DNA from: the human T2T-CHM13v2.0 reference genome, Homo sapiens | NCBI RefSeq assembly: GCF_009914755.1 | Contig: NC_060938.1 | DNA length: 64,000 bases | Reading direction: 5' to 3' (one strand) | Position numbers and translations under genes: made by a program | Shown here: positions 12,701 through 25,905 of the stretch, piece after piece | Layout of the letters: each line of letters begins with the position of its first letter | Numbering within the stretch: position 1 is the first letter of the stretch | Notes under the pieces: model-generated | Told to the model about the DNA's origin: nothing | Databases searched by the model: none | Seen by the model: only the letters and a program-made list of their open reading frames with translations

Positions 12701-15700
12701 GCTGAGTTCACACATCACAAACAAGTTTATGAGAATGCTTCTGTCTAGTTTTTATTTGAAGATATTTCCTTTCTCACCATAGAGCTGAAAGCTGTCCTAA
12801 TGTTCACTTCCAGATACTACAGAAAGAGTGTTTCAAAACTGCTGTACGAAAGGGAATGTTCAACTCTGTGACTTGAATGCACACATCACAAAGAAGTTTC
12901 TGAGGATGCTGCTGGCTACTTTTTATACGTAATCCCGTTTCCAACGAAATCCTCCAAGCTATCCAAATATCCACTTGCAGATTCCACAGAAAGACTGTTT
13001 CAAAACTGCTCTGTCAATAGAAAGGTTCAACTCTGTTAGCTGCGTGCATATATCCCAAAGAAGATTCTGAGATTGCTTCTGTCTAGTTTTTATGGGAAGA
13101 TATTTCCCTTTTCACCGTAGTTGTCAAGGCGCTCCAAATGTCCACTTCCAGATACTACAAAAAGAGTGTTTCAAACCTACTCTGTGAAAGGGAATATTCA
13201 ACTCTGTGACTTGAATGCACATATCACAAAGAAGTTTCTGAGAATGCTTCTGTCGAGATTTTATATGAAGATATTCCCGTTTCCAACGAAATCCTGAAAT
13301 GTATCCAAATATCCCCTCGCAGATTCTACAAAAAGAGTGTTTCAAAACTGCTCTGTGAAAAGAAAGGTTCAACTCTGTTAGTTGAGTACACACATCACAA
13401 ACAAGTTTCACACAATGCTTCTTTCTAGCTTGTAGGGGAAGATATTCCCTTTATCACCATGGGCCTCCAACCGTCCGAAACATCCACTTCCATATACTAC
13501 AAAAAGAGCGTTTCAAACCTGCTGTATGAAAGGCAATGTTCAACTCTGTGACTTGAATGCAGACATCACAGAGCAGTTTCTGAGAATGCTTCTGTCTAGA
13601 TTTTATAGGAAGATATTCCCGTTTCCAACGAAATCTTCACAGCTATCCAAATATCCACTTGCAGATTCTACAAAAAGAGTGTATCAAATCTGCTCTGTCA
13701 AAAGGAAGGTTCTTCTCTGTTAGGTGAGTGCATACGTCATAAAGGAGTTTCTGAGAATGTTTCTGTCTAGTGGTTATGGGAAGATATTTGCTTTTTCCCC
13801 GTAGGCCTCAGAGCGCTCCAAATATCCACTTGCACATACTACAAAAAGAGTGCCTCAAAGCTGCTCTCTGAAACGGAAATTTCAACTCTATGAGTTGAAT
13901 GCAAACATCACAAAGACGTTTCTGAGAATGCTTCTGTCTAGATTTGATATGAAGATATTCCCGTTTCCAACGAAATCTTCAAATCTATCCAAATGTCCAC
14001 TTGCAGATTCAACAAAAAGTGTTTTTCAGAACTGCTCTATCAAAAGAAAGATCCACCTCTGTTAGCTGAGTTCACACATCACAAACAAGTTTATGAGAAT
14101 GCTTCTGTCTAGTTTTTATTTGAAGATATTTCCTTTCTCACCATAGACCTGAAAGCTGTCCTAAAGTTCACTTCCAGTTACTACAGAAAGAGTGTTTCAA
14201 AACTGCTGTACGAAAGGGAATGTTCAACTCTGTGACTTGAATGCACACATCACAAAGAAGTTTCTGAGGATGCTGCTGTCTACTTTTTATACGTAATCCC
14301 GTTTCCAACGAAATCCTCCAAGCTATCCAAATATCCACTTGCAGATTCCACAGAAAGACTGTTTCAAAACTGCTCTGCCAATAGAAAGGTTCAACTCTGT
14401 TAGCTGCGTGCATATATCCCAAAGAAGATTCTGAGATTGCTTCTGTCTAGTTTTTATGGGAAGATATTTCCCTTTTCACCGTAGGCGTCAAGGCGCTCCA
14501 AATGTCCACTTCCAGATACTACAAAAAGAGTGTTTCAAACCTACTCTGTGAAAGGGAATATTCAACTCTGTGACGTGAATGCACATATCACAAAGAAGTT
14601 TCTGAGAATGCTTCTGTCGAGATTTTATATGAAGATATTCCCGTTTCCAACGAAATCCTGAAATCTATCCAAATATCCCCTCGCAGATTCTACAAAAAGA
14701 GTGTTTCAAAACTGCTCTGTGAAAAGAAAGGTTCAACTCTGTTAGTTGAGTACACACATCACAAACAAGTTTCACAGAATGCTTCTTTCTAGCTTGTAGG
14801 GGAAGATATTCCCTTTATCACCATGGGCCTCCAACCGTCCGAAACATCCACTTCCATATACTACAAAAAGAGCGTTTCAAACCTGCTCTATGAAAGGCAA
14901 TGTTCAACTCTGTGACTTGAATGCAGACATCACAGAGCAGTTTCTGAGAATGCTTCTGTCTAGATTTTATAGGAAGATATTCCCGTTTCCAACGAAATCT
15001 TCACAGCTATCCAAATATCCACTTGCAGATTCTACAAAAAGAGTGTATCAAAACTGCTCTGTCAAAAGGAAGGTTCTTCTCTGTTAGGTGAGTGCATACG
15101 TCATAAAGGAGTTTCTGAGAATGTTTCTGTCTAGTGGTTATGGGAAGATATTTGCTTTTTCACCGTAGGCCTCAGAGCGCTCCAAATATCCACTTGCACA
15201 TACTACAAAAAGAGTGCCTCAAAGCTGCTCTCTGAAACGGAATGTTCAACTCTATGAGTTGAATGCAAACATCGCAAAGACGTTTCTGAGAATGCTTCTG
15301 TCTAGATTTGATATGAAGATATTCCCGTTTCCAACGAAATCTTCAAATCTATCCAAATGTCCACTTGCAGATTCAACAAAAAGTGTTTTTCAGAACTGCT
15401 CTATCAAAAGAAAGATCCACCTCTGTTAGCTGAGTTCAGACATCACAAACAAGTTTATGAGAATGCTTCTGTCTAGTTTTTATTTGAAGATATTTCCTTT
15501 CTCACCATAGACCTGAAAGCTGTCCTAATGTTCACTTCCAGTTACTACAGAAAGAGTGTTTCAAAACTGCTGTACGAAAGGGAATGTTCAACTCTGTGAC
15601 TTGAATGCACACATCACAAAGAAGTTTCTGAGGATGCTGCTGTCTACTTTTTATACTTAATCCCGTTTCCAACGAAATCCTCCAAGCTATCCAAATATCC

Positions 15701-18700
15701 ACTTGCAGATTCCACAGAAAGACTGTTTCAAAACTGCTCTGTCAATAGAAAGGTTCAACTCTGTTAGCTGCGTGCATATATCCCAAAGAAGATTCTGAGA
15801 TTGCTTCTGTCTAGTTTTTATGGGAAGATATTTCCCTTTTCACCGTAGGCATCAAGGCGCTCCAAATGTCCACTTCCAGATACTACAAAAAGAGTGTTTC
15901 AAACCTACTCTGTGAAAGGGAATATTCAACTCTGTGACTTGAATGCACATATCACAAGGAAGTTTCTGAGAATGCTTCTGTCGAGATTTTATATGAAGAT
16001 ATTCCCGTTTCCAACGAAATCCTGAAATGTATCCAAATATCCCCTCGCAGATTCTACAAAAAGAGTGTTTCAAAACTGCTCTGTAAAAAGAAAGGTTCAA
16101 CTCTGTTAGTTGAGTACACACATCACAAACAAGTTTCACAGAATGCTTCTTTCTAGCTTGTAGGGGAAGATTCCCCTTTATCACCATGGTCCTCAAACCG
16201 TCCGAAATGTCCACTTCCATATACTACAAAAAGAGCGTTTCAAACCTGCTGTATGAAAGGCAATGTTCAACTCTGTGACTTGAATGCAGACATCACAGAG
16301 CAGTTTCTGAGAATGCTTCTGTCTAGATTTTATAGGAAGATATTCCCGTTTCCAACGAAATCTTCACAGCTATCCAAATATCCACTTGCAGATTCTATAA
16401 AAAGAGTGTATCAAAACTGCTCTGTCAAAAGGAAGGTTCTTCTCTGTTAGGTGAGTGCATACGTCATAAAGGAGTTTCTGAGAATGTTTCTGTCTAGTGG
16501 TTATGGGAAGATATTTGCTTTTTCACCGTAGGCCTCAGAGCGCTCCAAATATCCACTTGCACATACTACAAAAAGAGTGCCTCAAACTGCTCTCTGAAAC
16601 GGAATGTTCAACTCTATGAGTTGAATGCAAACATCGCAAAGACGTTTCTGAGAATGCTTCTGTCTAGATTTGATATGAAGATATTCCCGTTTCCAACGAA
16701 ATCTTCAAATCTATCCAAATGTCCACTTGCAGATTCAACAAAAAGTGTTTTTCAGAACTGCTCTATCAAAAGAAAGATCCACCTCTGTTAGCTGAGTTCA
16801 CACATCACAAACAAGTTTATGAGAATGCTTCTGTCTAGTTTTTATTTGAAGATATTTCCTTTCTCACCATAGAGCTGAAAGCTGTCCTAATGTTCACTTC
16901 CAGATACTACAGAAAGAGTGTTTCAAAACTGCTGTACGAAAGGGAATGTTCAACTCTGTGACTTGAATGCACACATCACAAAGAAGTTTCTGAGGATGCT
17001 GCTGTCTACTTTTTATACGTAATCCCGTTTCCAACGAAATCCTCCAAGCTATCCAAATATCCACTTGCAGATTCCACAGAAAGACTGTTTCAAAACGGCT
17101 CTGTCAATAGAAAGGTTCAACTCTGTTAGCTGCGTGCATATATCCCAAAGAAGATTCTGAGATTGCTTCTGTCTAGTTTTTATGGGAAGATATTTCCCTT
17201 TTCACCGTAGGTGTCAAGGCGCTCCAAATGTCCACTTCCAGATACTACAAAAAGAGTGTTTCAAACCTACTCTGTGAAAGGGAATATTCAACTCTGTGAC
17301 TTGAATGCACATATCACAAGGAAGTTTCTGAGAATGCTTCTGTCGAGATTTTATATGAAGATATTCCCGTTTCCAACGAAATGCTGAAATGTATCCAAAT
17401 ATCCCCTCGCAGATTCTACAAAAAGAGTGTTTCAAAACTGCTCTGTGAAAAGAAAGGTTCAACTCTGTTAGTTGAGTACACACATCACAAACAAGTTTCA
17501 CAGAATGCTTCTTTCTAGCTTGTAGGGGAAGATATTCCCTTTATCACCATGGGCCTCCAACCGTCCGAAACATCCACTTCCATATACTACAAAAAGAGCG
17601 TTTCAAACCTGCTCTATGAAAGGCAATGTTCAACTCTGTGACTTGAATGCAGACATCACAGAGCAGTTTCTGAGAATGCTTCTGTCTAGATTTTATAGGA
17701 AGATATTCCCGTTTCCAATGAAATCTTCACAGCTATCCAAATATCCACTTGCAGATTCTACAAAAAGAGTGTATCAAAACTGCTCTGTCAAAAGGAAGGT
17801 TCTTTTCTGTTAGGTGAGTGCATACGTCATAAAGGAGTTTCTGAGAATGTTTCTGTCTAGTGGTTATGGGAAGATATTTGCTTTTTCACCGTAGGCCTCA
17901 GAGCGCTCCAAATATCCACTTGCACATACTACAAAAAGAGTGCCTCAAAGCTGCTCTCTGAAACGGAATGTTCAACTCTATGAGTTGAATGCAAACATCG
18001 CAAAGACGTTTCTGAGAATGCTTCTGTCTAGATTTGATATGAAGATATTCCCGTTTCCAACGAAATCTTCAAATCTATCCAAATGTCCACTTGCAGATTC
18101 AACAAAAAGTGTTTTTCAGAACTGCTCTATCAAAAGAAAGATCCACCTCTGTTAGCTGAGTTCAGACATCACAAACAAGTTTATGAGAATGCTTCTGTCT
18201 AGTTTTTATTTGAAGATATTTCCTTTCTCACCATAGACCTGAAAGCTGTCCTAATGTTCACTTCCAGTTACTACAGAAAGAGTGTTTCAAAACTGCTGTA
18301 CGAAAGGGAATGTTCAACTCTGTGACTTGAATGCACACATCACAAAGAAGTTTCTGAGGATGCTGCTGTCTACTTTTTATACTTAATCCCGTTTCCAACG
18401 AAATCCTCCAAGCTATCCAAATATCCACTTGCAGATTCCACAGAAAGACTGTTTCAAAACTGCTCTGTCAATAGAAAGGTTCAACTCTGTTAGCTGCGTG
18501 CATATATCCCAAAGAAGATTCTGAGATTGCTTCTGTCTAGTTTTTATGGGAAGATATTTCCCTTTTAACCGTAGGCGTCAAGGCGCTCCAAATGTCCACT
18601 TCCAGATACTACAAAAAGAGTGTTTCAAACCTACTCTGTGAAAGGGAATATTCAACTCTGTGACTTGAATGCACATATCACAAGGAAGTTTCTGAGAATG

Positions 18701-21700
18701 CTTCTGTCGAGATTTTATATGAAGATATTCCCGTTTCCAACGAAATCCTGAAATGTATCCAAATATCCCCTCGCAGATTCTACAAAAAGAGTGTTTCAAA
18801 ACTGCTCTGTAAAAAGAAAGGTTCAACTCTGTTAGTTGAGTACACACATCACAAACAAGTTTCACAGAATGCTTCTTTCTAGCTTGTAGGGGAAGATATT
18901 CCCTTTATCACCATGGGCCTCCAACCGTCCGAAACATCCACTTCCATATACTACAAAAAGAGCGTTTCAAACCTGCTCTATGAAAGGCAATGTTCAACTC
19001 TGTGACTTGAATGCAGACATCACAGAGCAGTTTCTGAGAATGCTTCTGTCTAGATTTTATAGGAAGATATTCCCGTTTCCAACGAAATCTTCACAGCTAT
19101 CCAAATATCCACTTGCAGATTCTATAAAAAGAGTGTATCAAATCTGCTCTGTCAAAAGGAAGGTTCTTCTCTGTTAGGTGAGTGCATACGTCATAAAGGA
19201 GTTTCTGAGAATGTTTCTGTCTAGTGGTTATGGGAAGATATTTGCTTTTTCACCGTAGGCCTCAGAGCGCTCCAAATATCCACTTGCACATACTACAAAA
19301 AGAGTGCTTCAAAGCTGTTCTCTGAAACGGAATGTTCAACTCTATGAGTTCAATGCAAACATCACAAAGACGTTTCTGAGAATGCTTCTGTCTAGATTTG
19401 ATATGAAGATATTCCCGTTTCCAACGAAATCTTCAAATCTATCCAAATGTCCACTTGCAGATTCAACAAAAAGTGTTTTTCAGAACTGCTCTATCAAAAG
19501 AAAGATCCACCTCTGTTAGCTGAGTTCACACATCACAAACAAGTTTATGAGAATGCTTCTGTCTAGTTTTTATTTGAAGATATTTCCTTTCTCACCATAG
19601 AGCTGAAAGCTGTCCTAATGTTCACTTCCAGATACTACAGAAAGAGTGTTTCAAAACTGCTGTACGAAAGGGAATGTTCAACTCTGTGACTTGAATGCAC
19701 ACATCACAAAGAAGTTTCTGAGGATGCTGCTGTCTACTTTTTATACGTAATCCCGTTTCCAACGAAATCCTCCAAGCTATCCAAATATCCACTTGCAAAT
19801 TCCACAGAAAGACTGTTTCAAAACTGCTCTGTCAATAGAAAGGTTCAACTCTGTTAGCTGCGTGCATATATCCCAAAGAAGATTCTGAGATTGCTTCTGT
19901 CTAGTTTTTATGGGAAGATATTTCCCTTTTCACCGTAGGCGTCAAGGCGCTCCAAATGTCCACTTCCAGATACTACAAAAAGAGTGTTTCAAACCTACTC
20001 TGTGAAAGGGAATATTCAACTCTGTGACTTGAATGCACATATCACAAAGAAGTTTCTGAGAATGCTTCTGTCGAGATTTTATATGAAGATATTCCCGTTT
20101 CCAACGAAATCCTGAAATGTATCCAAATATCCCCTCGCAGATTCTACAAAAAGAGTGTTTCAAAACTGCTCTGTAAAAAGAAAGGTTCAACTCTGTTAGT
20201 TGAGTACACACATCACAAACAAGTTTCACAGAATGCTTCTTTCTAGCTTGTAGGGGAAGATTCCCCTTTATCACCATGGTCCTCAAACCGTCCGAAAAGT
20301 CCACTTCCATATACTACAAAAAGAGCGTTTCAAACCTGCTGTATGAAAGGCAATGTTCAACTCTGTGACTTGAATGCAGACATCACAGAGCAGTTTCTGA
20401 GAATGCTTCTGTCTAGATTTTATAGGAAGATATTCCCGTTTCCAACGAAATCTTCACAGCTATCCAAATATCCACTTGCAGATTCTACAAAAAGAGTGTA
20501 TCAAAACTGCTCTGTCAAAAGGAAGGTTCTTTTCTGTTAGGTGAGTGCATACGTCATAAAGGAGTTTCTGAGAATGTTTCTGTCTAGTGGTTATGGGAAG
20601 ATATTTGCTTTTTCACCGTAGGCCTCAGAGCGCTCCAAATATCCACTTGCACATACTAAAAAAAGAGTGCCTCAAACTGCTCTCTGAAACGGAATGTTCA
20701 ACTCTATGAGTTGAATGCAAACATCGCAAAGACGTTTCTGAGTATGCTTCTGTCTAGATTTGATATGAAGATATTCCCGTTTCCAACGAAATCTTCAAAT
20801 CTATCCAAATGTCCACTTGCAGATTCAACAAAAAGTGTTTTTCAGAACTGCTCTATCAAAAGAAAGATCCACCTCTGTTAGCTGAGTTCACACATCACAA
20901 ACAAGTTTATGAGAATGCTTCTGTCTAGTTTTTATTTGAAGATATTTCCTTTCTCACCATAGAGCTGAAAGCTGTCCTAATGTTCACTTCCAGATACTAC
21001 AGAAAGAGTGTTTCAAAACTGCTGTACGAAAGGGAATGTTCAACTCTGTGACTTGAATGCACACATCACAAAGAAGTTTCTGAGGATGCTGCTGTCTACT
21101 TTTTATACGTAATCCCGTTTCCAACGAAATCCTCCAAGCTATCCAAATATCCACTTGCAGATTCCACAGAAAGACTGTTTCAAAACTGGTCTGTCAATAG
21201 AAAGGTTCAACTCTGTTAGCTGCGTGCATATATCCCAAAGAAGATTCTGAGATTGCTTCTGTCTAGTTTTTATGGGAAGATATTTCCCTTTTCACCGTAG
21301 GCGTCAAGGCGCTCCAAATGTCCACTTCCAGATACTACAAAAAGAGTGTTTCAAACCTACTCTGTGAAAGGGAATATTCAACTCTGTGACTTGAATGCAC
21401 ATATCACAAAGAAGTTTCTGAGAATGATTCTGTCGAGATTTTATATGAAGATATTCCCGTTTCCAACGAAATCCTGAAATCTATCCAAATATCCCCTCGC
21501 AGATTCTACAAAAAGAGTGTTTCAAAACTGCTCTGTGAAAAGAAAGGTTCAACTCTGTTAGTTGAGTACACACATCACAAACAAGTTTCACAGAATGCTT
21601 CTTTCTAGCTTGTAGGGGAAGATATTCCCTTTATCACCATGGGCCTCCAACCGTCCGAAACATCCACTTCCATATACTACAAAAAGAGCGTTTCAAACCT

Positions 21701-23069
21701 GCTCTATGAAAGGCAATGTTCAACTCTGTGACTTGAATGCAGACATCACAGAGCAGTTTCTGAGAATGCTTCTGTCTAGATTTTATAGGAAGATATTCCC
21801 GTTTCCAACGAAATCTTCACAGCTATCCAAATATCCACTTGCAGATTCTACAAAAAGAGTGTATCAAAACTGCTCTGTCAAAAGGAAGGTTCTTCTCTGT
21901 TAGGTGAGTGCATACGTCATAAAGGAGTTTCTGAGAATGTTTCTGTCTAGTGGTTATGGGAAGATATTTGCTTTTTCACCGTAGGCCTCAGAGCGCTCCA
22001 AATATCCACTTGCACATACTACAAAAAGAGTGCTTCAAAGCTGCTCTCTGAAACGGAATGTTCAACTCTATGAGTTGAATGCAAACATCACAAAGACGTT
22101 TCTGAGAATGCTTCTGTCTAGATTTGATATGGAGATATTCCCGTTTCCAACGAAATCTTCAAATCTATCCAAATGTCCACTTGCAGATTCAACAAAAAGT
22201 GTTTTTCAGAACTGCTCTATCAAAAGAAAGATCCACCTCTGTTAGCTGAGTTCACACATCACAAACAAGTTTATGAGAATGCTTCTGTCTAGTTTTTATT
22301 TGAAGATATTTCCTTTCTCACCATAGAGCTGAAAGCTGTCCTAATGTTCACTTCCAGATACTACAGAAAGAGTGTTTCAAAACTGCTGTACGAAAGGGAA
22401 TGTTCAACTCTGTGACTTGAATGCACACATCACAAAGAAGTTTCTGAGGATGCTGCTGTCTACTTTTTATACGTAATCCCGTTTCCAACGAAATCCTCCA
22501 AGCTATCCAAATATCCACTTGCAGATTCCACAGAAAGACTGTTTCAAAACTGCTCTGTCAATAGAAAGGTTCAACTCTGTTAGCTGCGTGCATATATCCC
22601 AAAGAAGATTCTGAGATTGCTTCTGTCTAGTTTTTATGGGAAGATATTTCCCTTTTCACCGTAGGCGTCAAGGCGCTCCAAATGTCCACTTCCAGATACT
22701 ACAAAAAGAGTGTTTCAAACCTACTCTGTGAAAGGGAATATTCAACTCTGTGACTTGAATGCACATATCACAAGGAAGTTTCTGAGAATGCTTCTGTCGA
22801 GATTTTATATGAAGATATTCCCGTTTCCAACGAAATCCTGAAATGTATCCAAATATCCCCTCGCAGATTCTACAAAAAGAGTGTTTCAAAACTGCTCTGT
22901 GAAAAGAAAGGTTCAACTCTGTTAGTTGAGTACACACATCACAAACAAGTTTCACAGAATGCTTCTTTCTAGCTTGTAGGGGAAGATATTCCCTTTATCA
23001 CCATGGGCCTCCAACCGTCCGAAACATCCACTTCCATATACTACAAAAAGAGCGTTTCAAACCTGCTCT

Positions 23070-24433
23070 ATGAAAGGCAATGTTCAACTCTGTGACTTGA
23101 ATGCAGACATCACAGAGCAGTTTCTGAGAATGCTTCTGTCTAGATTTTATAGGAAGATATTCCCGTTTCCAACGAAATCTTCACAGCTATCCAAATATCC
23201 ACTTGCAGATTCTACAAAAAGAGTGTATCAAAACTGCTCTGTCAAAAGGAAGGTTCTTTTCTGTTAGGTGAGTGCATACGTCATAAAGGAGTTTCTGAGA
23301 ATGTTTCTGTCTAGTGGTTATGGGAAGATATTTGCTTTTTCACCGTAGGCCTCAGAGCGCTCCAAATATCCACTTGCACATACTACAAAAAGAGTGCCTC
23401 AAAGCTGCTCTCTGAAACGGAATGTTCAACTCTATGAGTTGAATGCAAACATCGCAAAGACGTTTCTGAGAATGCTTCTGTCTAGATTTGATATGAAGAT
23501 ATTCCCGTTTCCAACGAAATCTTCAAATCTATCCAAATGTCCACTTGCAGATTCAACAAAAAGTGTTTTTCAGAACTGCTCTATCAAAAGAAAGATCCAC
23601 CTCTGTTAGCTGAGTTCACACATCACAAACAAGTTTATGAGAATGCTTCTGTCTAGTTTTTATTTGAAGATATTTCCTTTCTCACCATAGAGCTGAAAGC
23701 TGTCCTAATGTTCACTTCCAGATACTACAGAAAGAGTGTTTCAAAACTGCTGTACGAAAGGGAATGTTCAACTCTGTGACTTGAATGCACACATCACAAA
23801 GAAGTTTCTGAGGATGCTGCTGTCTACTTTTTATACGTAATCCCGTTTCCAACGAAATCCTCCAAGCTATCCAAATATCCACTTGCAGATTCCACAGAAA
23901 GACTGTTTCAAAACTGCTCTGTCAATAGAAAGGTTCAACTCCGTTAGCTGCGTGCATATATCCCAAAGAGGATTCTGAGATTGCTTCTGTCTAGTTTTTA
24001 TGGGAAGATATTTCCCTTTTCACCGTAGGCGTCAAGGCGCTCCAAATGTCCACTTCCAGATACTACAAAAAGAGTGTTTCAAACCTACTCTGTGAAAGGG
24101 AATATTCAACTCTGTGACTTGAATGCACATATCACAAGGAAGTTTCTGAGAATGCTTCTGTCGAGATTTTATATGAAGATATTCCCGTTTCCAACGAAAT
24201 CCTGAAATCTATCCAAATATCCCCTCGCAGATTCTACAAAAAGAGTGTTTCAAAACTGCTCTGTGAAAAGAAAGGTTCAACTCTGTTAGTTGAGTACACA
24301 CATCACAAACAAGTTTCACAGAATGCTTCTTTCTAGCTTGTAGGGGAAGATATTCCCTTTATCACCATGGGCCTCCAACGGTCCGAAACATCCACTTCCA
24401 TATACTACAAAAAGAGCGTTTCAAACCTGCTCT
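23070..24433 (-). repeat. Representative full-length 1364-bp HOR unit (8 monomers; arbitrary phase)
   Basis: Runs from atgaaaggcaatg at 23070 to the next copy at 24434. Contains 4 CENP-B boxes spaced 342/338/342/342, 2 XbaI sites (tctaga), and 1 site each for TaqI (tcga), NcoI (ccatgg) and StuI (aggcct). Confidence 0.95.
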
Positions 24434-25888
24434 ATGAAAGGCAATGTTCAACTCTGTGACTTGAATGCAGACATCACAGAGCAGTTTCTGAGAATGCTTC
24501 TGTCTAGATTTTATAGGAAGATATTCCCGTTTCCAACGAAATCTTCACAGCTATCCAAATATCCACTTGCAGATTCTACAAAAAGAGTGTATCAAAACTG
24601 CTCTGTCAAAAGGAAGGTTCTTTTCTGTTAGGTGAGTGCATACGTCATAAAGGAGTTTCTGAGAATGTTTCTGTCTAGTGGTTATGGGAAGATATTTGCT
24701 TTTTCACCGTAGGCCTCAGAGCGCTCCAAATATCCACTTGCACATACTACAAAAAGAGTGCCTCAAAGCTGCTCTCTGAAACGGAATGTTCAACTCTATG
24801 AGTTGAATGCAAACATCGCAAAGACGTTTCTGAGAATGCTTCTGTCTAGATTTGATATGAAGATATTCCCGTTTCCAACGAAATCTTCAAATCTATCCAA
24901 ATGTCCACTTGCAGATTCAACAAAAAGTGTTTTTCAGAACTGCTCTATCAAAAGAAAGATCCACCTCTGTTAGCTGAGTTCACACATCACAAACAAGTTT
25001 ATGAGAATGCTTCTGTCTAGTTTTTATTTGAAGATATTTCCTTTCTCACCATAGAGCTGAAAGCTGTCCTAATGTTCACTTCCAGATACTACAGAAAGAG
25101 TGCTTCAAAACTGCTGTACGAAAGGGAAGGTTCAACTCTGTGACTTGAATGCACACATCACAAAGAAGTTTCTGAGGATGCTGCTGTCTACTTTTTATAC
25201 GTAATCCCGTTTCCAACGAAATCCTCCAAGCTATCCAAATATCCACTTGCAGATTCCACAGAAAGACTGTTTCAAAACGGCTCTGTCAATAGAAAGGTTC
25301 AACTCTGTTAGCTGCGTGCATATATCCCAAAGAAGATTCTGAGATTGCTTCTGTCTAGTTTTTATGGGAAGATATTTCCCTTTTCACCGTAGGTGTCAAG
25401 GCGCTCCAAATGTCCACTTCCAGATACTACAAAAAGAGTGTTTCAAACCTACTCTGTGAAAGGGAATATTCAACTCTGTGACTTGAATGCACATATCACA
25501 AGGAAGTTTCTGAGAATGCTTCTGTCGAGATTTTATATGAAGATATTCCCGTTTCCAACGAAATGCTGAAATGTATCCAAATATCCCCTCGCAGATTCTA
25601 CAAAAAGAGTGTTTCAAAACTGCTCTGTAAAAAGAAAGGTTCAACTCTGTTAGTTGAGTACACACATCACAAACAAGTTTCACAGAATGCTTCTTTCTAG
25701 CTTGTAGGGGAAGATATTCCCTTTATCACCATGGGCCTCCAACCGTCCGAAACATCCACTTCCATATACTACAAAAAGAGCGTTTCAAACCTGCTCTATG
25801 AAAGGCAATGTTCAACTCTGTGACTTGAATGCAGACATCACAGAGCAGTTTCTGAGAATGCTTCTGTCTAGATTTTATAGGAAGATAT

Positions 25889-25905
25889 TCCAGTTTCCAA
25901 CGAAA
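25889..25905 (-). promoter_or_regulatory. Disrupted CENP-B box (CGGG>CTGG); copies start at 43617, 51799, 57255 and 59983
   Basis: tccagtttccaacgaaa replaces tcccgtttccaacgaaa. It shows up as the FQFP variant in the ORF track. Confidence 0.85.
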
